Source: Octopus sinensis
Taxonomy: Eukaryota
Direction: 5' to 3'
NCBI RefSeq assembly: GCF_006345805.1
Contig: NC_042999.1
Span: forward strand, 139,128,001 to 139,192,000
Length of the DNA stretch: 64,000 bases
Shown: piece by piece, positions 59,230 to 64,000 of the stretch
Position numbering within the stretch: the first letter of the stretch is position 1
Layout: each line of letters opens with the position of its first letter
Notes under the pieces: generated by a model
Seen by the model: only the letters and a program-made list of their open reading frames with translations
Told to the model about the DNA's origin: nothing
The model's database searches: none
Made by a program: the position numbers and the translations under genes

Positions 59230-61772
59230 AAGACAATAAAACTAATGGCGACATGACAGATGAACAAAAGGAAATCTACGACAGAATAAACTTATGAGTA
59301 CAGGAGAACGATAGCAACATTATTTGCAACCTTAAAAAGGTTGATCGATGGAAATTGAACCAAGAAACGAAAAATGTCAATGATATTCTGAAATAAATCA
59401 GAACAAACAACATCACAGAAACAAATAATTTGATCAAGGCAGCAAGTATTGTAATAGAAAATGTGGGTGTTGATGTCAAGAAAAAGAAACATAATGGGAG
59501 TGGCAAAGGAAAATATCCATGGTGGAAAAGAATAATCCAGGCAGGGTTAGACATGCTCTCGAAGGAAATCTCTGTGTTAGACCGAAAAGAGAAAGGGGAA
59601 CTTAAAAGCGAACAAAAATACAGGACACTGAAAAGGAAGTATAAAGTTAATACTAGATAACATCGAAAGTCAAAGGTTTTGGAGTGACATCTGGAGCTAA
59701 GACAAGGAGCACAAGAAGGATGCTGAATAGTTGCAAGAACTGAAACAAACAGTAGTCTGTCCCAAAAAGGCAGAACTAGTCATTTCAGTTAGGGAAGTGA
59801 AGGAAATCAGAAAAAAAAATGAGCAACTGGAAGGCCTCGGGAGTAGATGGGGTTCCAGGCTACTGGATCAAAAGATTTGGTGAATGTCATGCACGAATAG
59901 CTGCGCAACTCAAATCCTTGTTAAATGTCGACCAAGGTATGCCAGAGTGGTTGACAGTGTAGGACAGTGCTGTGCCTGAAAAACATCGAAAAAGGCAATA
60001 CAGTTGACAATTACAGGCCGACATCCTGCTTGCCACTTTTGTGGAAATAATTGACTGGAATACCCGCAGAGTCAATGTACGAACATTTGGAAAAAAATGG
60101 AGTCCTGTCACATGAGCAGAAGGGTTGCAAGCGCAAGTGCAGAGGTACCAAGGATCAACTCCTGATAGACAAAACTGTACTTAGGGACTGCAAGAGGAGG
60201 AAAACTGACTTAGCCATGTCATGGATCGACTATCATAAGGCGTACGATATGATCCCACATTCCTGGATTATGGAGTGTATGAATCTATTTGGGATTGAAT
60301 TGAATGTTGAGCGATTGCTTGGAAAAAGTATGGCAAATTGCAGGACGGACCTGACAGCATATGGAAGAAGCTTAGGGACAGTAGAAATTAGGAGAGGCAT
60401 CTTCCAAGGGGACTGCCTGTCCCCATTGATCTTTTTCCTGTGCTTGATACCACTAACACTGATTCTGAGGAAATCAAAGGCTGGGTATGTATTCAAAAGC
60501 CGCCAACAAAAAGTCAACCATTTGTTATTCATGGATGACCTCAAACTTTATGGTAAAGATGAAGTCCAAGTCAGTTCCCTCGTTGGTACGGTGTATACCT
60601 TCAGTGCTGATATCGGAATGGAGTTCGGACTGAGAAAGCGTGGTGTATTAGTCTTGAAGACAGACAAAATCAAATGTATGGACGGGCTAACGATACCGTC
60701 GGGTGGAGGTTATGAAGCAGATAGAACGGACGGGATATAAGTACTTGGGGATTTCGGAAATGGAAAAATTGATGGAGAAATTACAGAAAAATTTTCAGGT
60801 GGAGTACTCGCGCAGACTGAGACTGATCCTAAAGTCGAAATTAAATGGACGGAATAAGATCGAAGCTATCAACACCTGGGCGGTTTCACTCCTTAGATAT
60901 GGAGCAGGCGTACTCGCATGGAAAGTAGACGAACTAATCAGCTAAGACAGAAAGACAAGGAAGTTGCTAACTAGATAAGTGACACAGATAGACTGTATGT
61001 ACCAAGAAAAAGATGAGGAAGAGAACTTATTGGATGCGAACACAGAATTAGATCAGAAGAAAACAACATAGCATGGTATATAAAAATGCCACAGAACCGC
61101 AATTATTAGATCTAAGAAGGTCAGGCTTGTGTAGGATGAAAGATTGCAAAGATAAAGCACTATACAAGAAATTGAAAACAGATAAAACTGAAAATAGGTG
61201 GGTAAAGAAAAGAATGCATGGTCAATTTCATAGGGATGTTGAAGACAAGACAGACAGAAAAAAAGATGGCTGTGGATGACTAAATGTGATTTAAAACCGG
61301 AAACAGAGGCTCTAATCTGTGCTGCCCAAGAGCAAACACTAAGAACAAACTACATAAAATACAGAATAGACAACGCAGCAGAAAGTGATAAGTGAGGAAT
61401 CTGTGGACAAAACGGTGAAACCGTATGGCATATTACCAGCCAATGTATGCCACTAGCCCAAAAGGAATATAAGAGACGCCACGACAATATAGCCAGGCTT
61501 GTCCAGTGGTCGATGGAAAAGGTAGCAGTAGTACCAATAATTGTCGGAGCCCTGGGAACCTGGGAATAGTGAGCAAAAATCTCGAGAAGTAAGTGGAACA
61601 AATAGGGGCTGCGATAAGGGTGGAGCACTTGCAGAAAACAGCACTGCTTGGAAGCGCTCAAATACTCCGGAAGGTGCTCGAAAATAGGAGGTTTTACCTT
61701 AGTTCACTGGTACTGAACAGCTGATACTGTAATGCATCTCCAGTGTTAGAAGCTGTGGAAATGCAATAATGA
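59230..61772 (+). mobile_element. R4/Dong-like LINE, decayed, with internal deletion in the endonuclease region
   Basis: [83 protein letters not shown]; short AAT tail at 61765. Confidence 0.88.
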
Positions 61773-61773
61773 T

Positions 61774-62323
61774 ATGCCCTGATGCAGTACGAGGCAGTGG
61801 CTGTCATGGCCTCTGATCTTAACTGATTGAAAGTGTTATCATATACATTATTTTGTCTTGTTATAAAATGATGGGCTACAGTAAATATTCTGCCCAGTAC
61901 CACAGATTTGTTTGTCAGTTGCTTGACTATAACCAGTTGAGCATGTCCCTTGGTGGCTGACGATGTGTGCATCTCTGATCACGAGCAGAAGTAGTGGGGT
62001 TTATCATAGCCATGTATTGAAAGGAATTCTTTGCGGTTTGGATAATTCACCTTTGGAAACATGGGTGTTTCGTTCAATAACCTTAAACAACCTTTATTCA
62101 GGGACCTTTTGAGTGGGATGGGCTACTGAAGAAAATTCTAACTGGACCCCACTTGCAAGATTATGGACAGTTTATCTTGATATGAAGTCCCCATGTATTG
62201 CACATACAGTTGTGATGCATGTGCCTGATGTACCCTTATCAGACGGGTAGTCATGATGGGTATACTGGGCTTCGTATATTTTACTCCTGTGTTACTTCGA
62301 TGGCATGCACTGCTCTCTCACTC
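61774..62323 (+). mobile_element. Unclassified 550-bp ORF-less element between AAT tracts (possible non-autonomous partner of the R4/Dong-like LINEs, or the LINE's long 3' UTR)
   Basis: GC-richer block bounded by caataatgat and the 280-bp (GAT)(AAT)n array; single copy in this window. Confidence 0.4.
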
Positions 62324-62348
62324 AATAATGACGATGATGATGATGATG

Positions 62349-62390
<42 letters not shown>

Positions 62391-62449
62391 TAATAATAAT
62401 AATATTACTAATAATGATAATAATAATAATAATATAATAATAATAATAA

Positions 62450-62495
<46 letters not shown>

Positions 62496-62531
62496 GTAAT
62501 AATAATAATAATAATAATATTACTAATAATG

Positions 62532-62586
<55 letters not shown>

Positions 62587-62606
62587 TGATGATAATAATA
62601 ATAATG
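62324..62606. repeat. (GAT)n-(AAT)n microsatellite
   Basis: Directly visible. Confidence 0.97.
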
Positions 62607-63191
62607 TTTTCAAATTTTGGTACAAAGCCAGAATTTTAGAGAAAAAGAAGTAGATTATATCGATGCAGTATTTCACTGGAATTTATTTTATCGTCATGAA
62701 AACAAAGCCTACTTCTCGCAGGAATTGAACTCTGAATGTGAAGGGCAGAAAGAAAAAACTGTAAATCATTTTGTACGACACTAACAATTATGCCAATCCA
62801 CTGCCCTAATAACAACAAAAATAACAATAACATTAACAAAATATAATATAAAATATTTACCAGAAAATTTCCAGAACATATTGCCAACTAGGCCATATGT
62901 CGTCAAGCCTTTATGTGTGACGCCACATTGTTTGAAAAATCTAGAGTATTCCATTGCTTTGCATTTTTTCTCAGAACACTTAGCTTTACACTTTTCTTCA
63001 CTGTTGATTTTAGAAAACTCATCAAGATGGACACAAGTTACTATAGTTGCACCCTTGATGAGAACATTTCTGCTTTCTAGAAATAAAAAGAAAAAATTCT
63101 TTTATGCTTTTAGTATATAGATTGATTTAATCGACTGAGTTTATACTAAGACAATACAGCGAACTAGCTGTTTGTTTAAATCTTTCTCTCC

Positions 63192-63317
<126 letters not shown>

Positions 63318-64000
63318 CATTTAAAAAGTTCTTGATCACTAAAAATGTTATGAATTATAAGAATTTGGTTATCAAATATGAAAATACCCCCCACCAGAAA
63401 AAAATTCTCTTCCCTTTTCATTTTCTTTCAAATATACACTATAGTACTATAATTGATTTTACGTAGTGTGAGATCTTAAATGACTTTTGAACCCCGAAAA
63501 AGTTTGAAGACCTGATCACAAATACTGCAGTGATGTCTCATTTCAACATTGGCTCCATTTGCAACTTGTTAAATTATGAATGGTCAAGTTCCGCTTCAAT
63601 CCCACGAGTGACTTGTAGGTTTTTTTGACGGACATTGCATTGAAACGGGCTATCCAGAATGAAACTATGCGTGCCTCACTCGCATGGGTTCGCTAGTACT
63701 TTCTCATACAAAGCGCAAGTTATGCATACTTTTGTGCATAAAAATCTAAAGAAGGAATGAGAAACACTCGCAAAGCTATTGATATTAAACTCATTTTTTT
63801 GAATATTTATCTTCATTTCAGTGTGTTTAACTCCGTCAGGTTCAAACTCTTTAACACCGTTATAAATCGTAGATCTCCACGCTTTCCTATCTGGTGCAAG
63901 TGATTCAAAACCTTTTTAGAACATAATTGAAGATATTTCAAATATTTTAAAGTCTCTATATCCTTTTTCGTCTTACTATTTTTTCTCTTTCCCAGCATAA

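Noticed and set aside
63813-63998. 61-aa minus-strand ORF at the window edge
   Set aside because: No recognisable motif or clear splice context; cannot be judged without flanking sequence.

Overview
AT-rich, microsatellite-dense animal genomic DNA. The SINE/LINE repertoire looks like an octopus (coleoid cephalopod), which is an inference. The main feature is one large + strand gene whose 5' end lies before the window. I could chain 20 coding exons by hand (151..44857, all GT-AG, phase-compatible, about 1155 aa). They encode MAM x4 - LDLa - SRCR - LDLa x2 - SRCR - S1 (trypsin-fold) serine protease. The catalytic His/Asp/Ser and the canonical cysteines are present, but three positions are non-canonical: the activation site (N-IRYG), the oxyanion-hole residue (Val for Gly193) and the S1 pocket (Pro189, Ala226). 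Introns and the downstream region are filled with mobile elements: tRNA-derived SINEs, RTE, CR1, L1/Tx1 and R4/Dong-like LINEs, mariner relics, MITEs, a Gypsy-type element with only one LTR, and several Penelope-like elements. The most notable non-coding signal is a set of type I hammerhead-ribozyme-like motifs in the Penelope-related repeats. They show covarying stems and palindromic stem III, and two of them sit in a 582-bp tandem duplication. A possible small secreted-peptide gene on the - strand (50639..46217) is low confidence. Most ORFs in the supplied track are microsatellite artefacts. All coordinates and alignments were read by eye; no searches were run.
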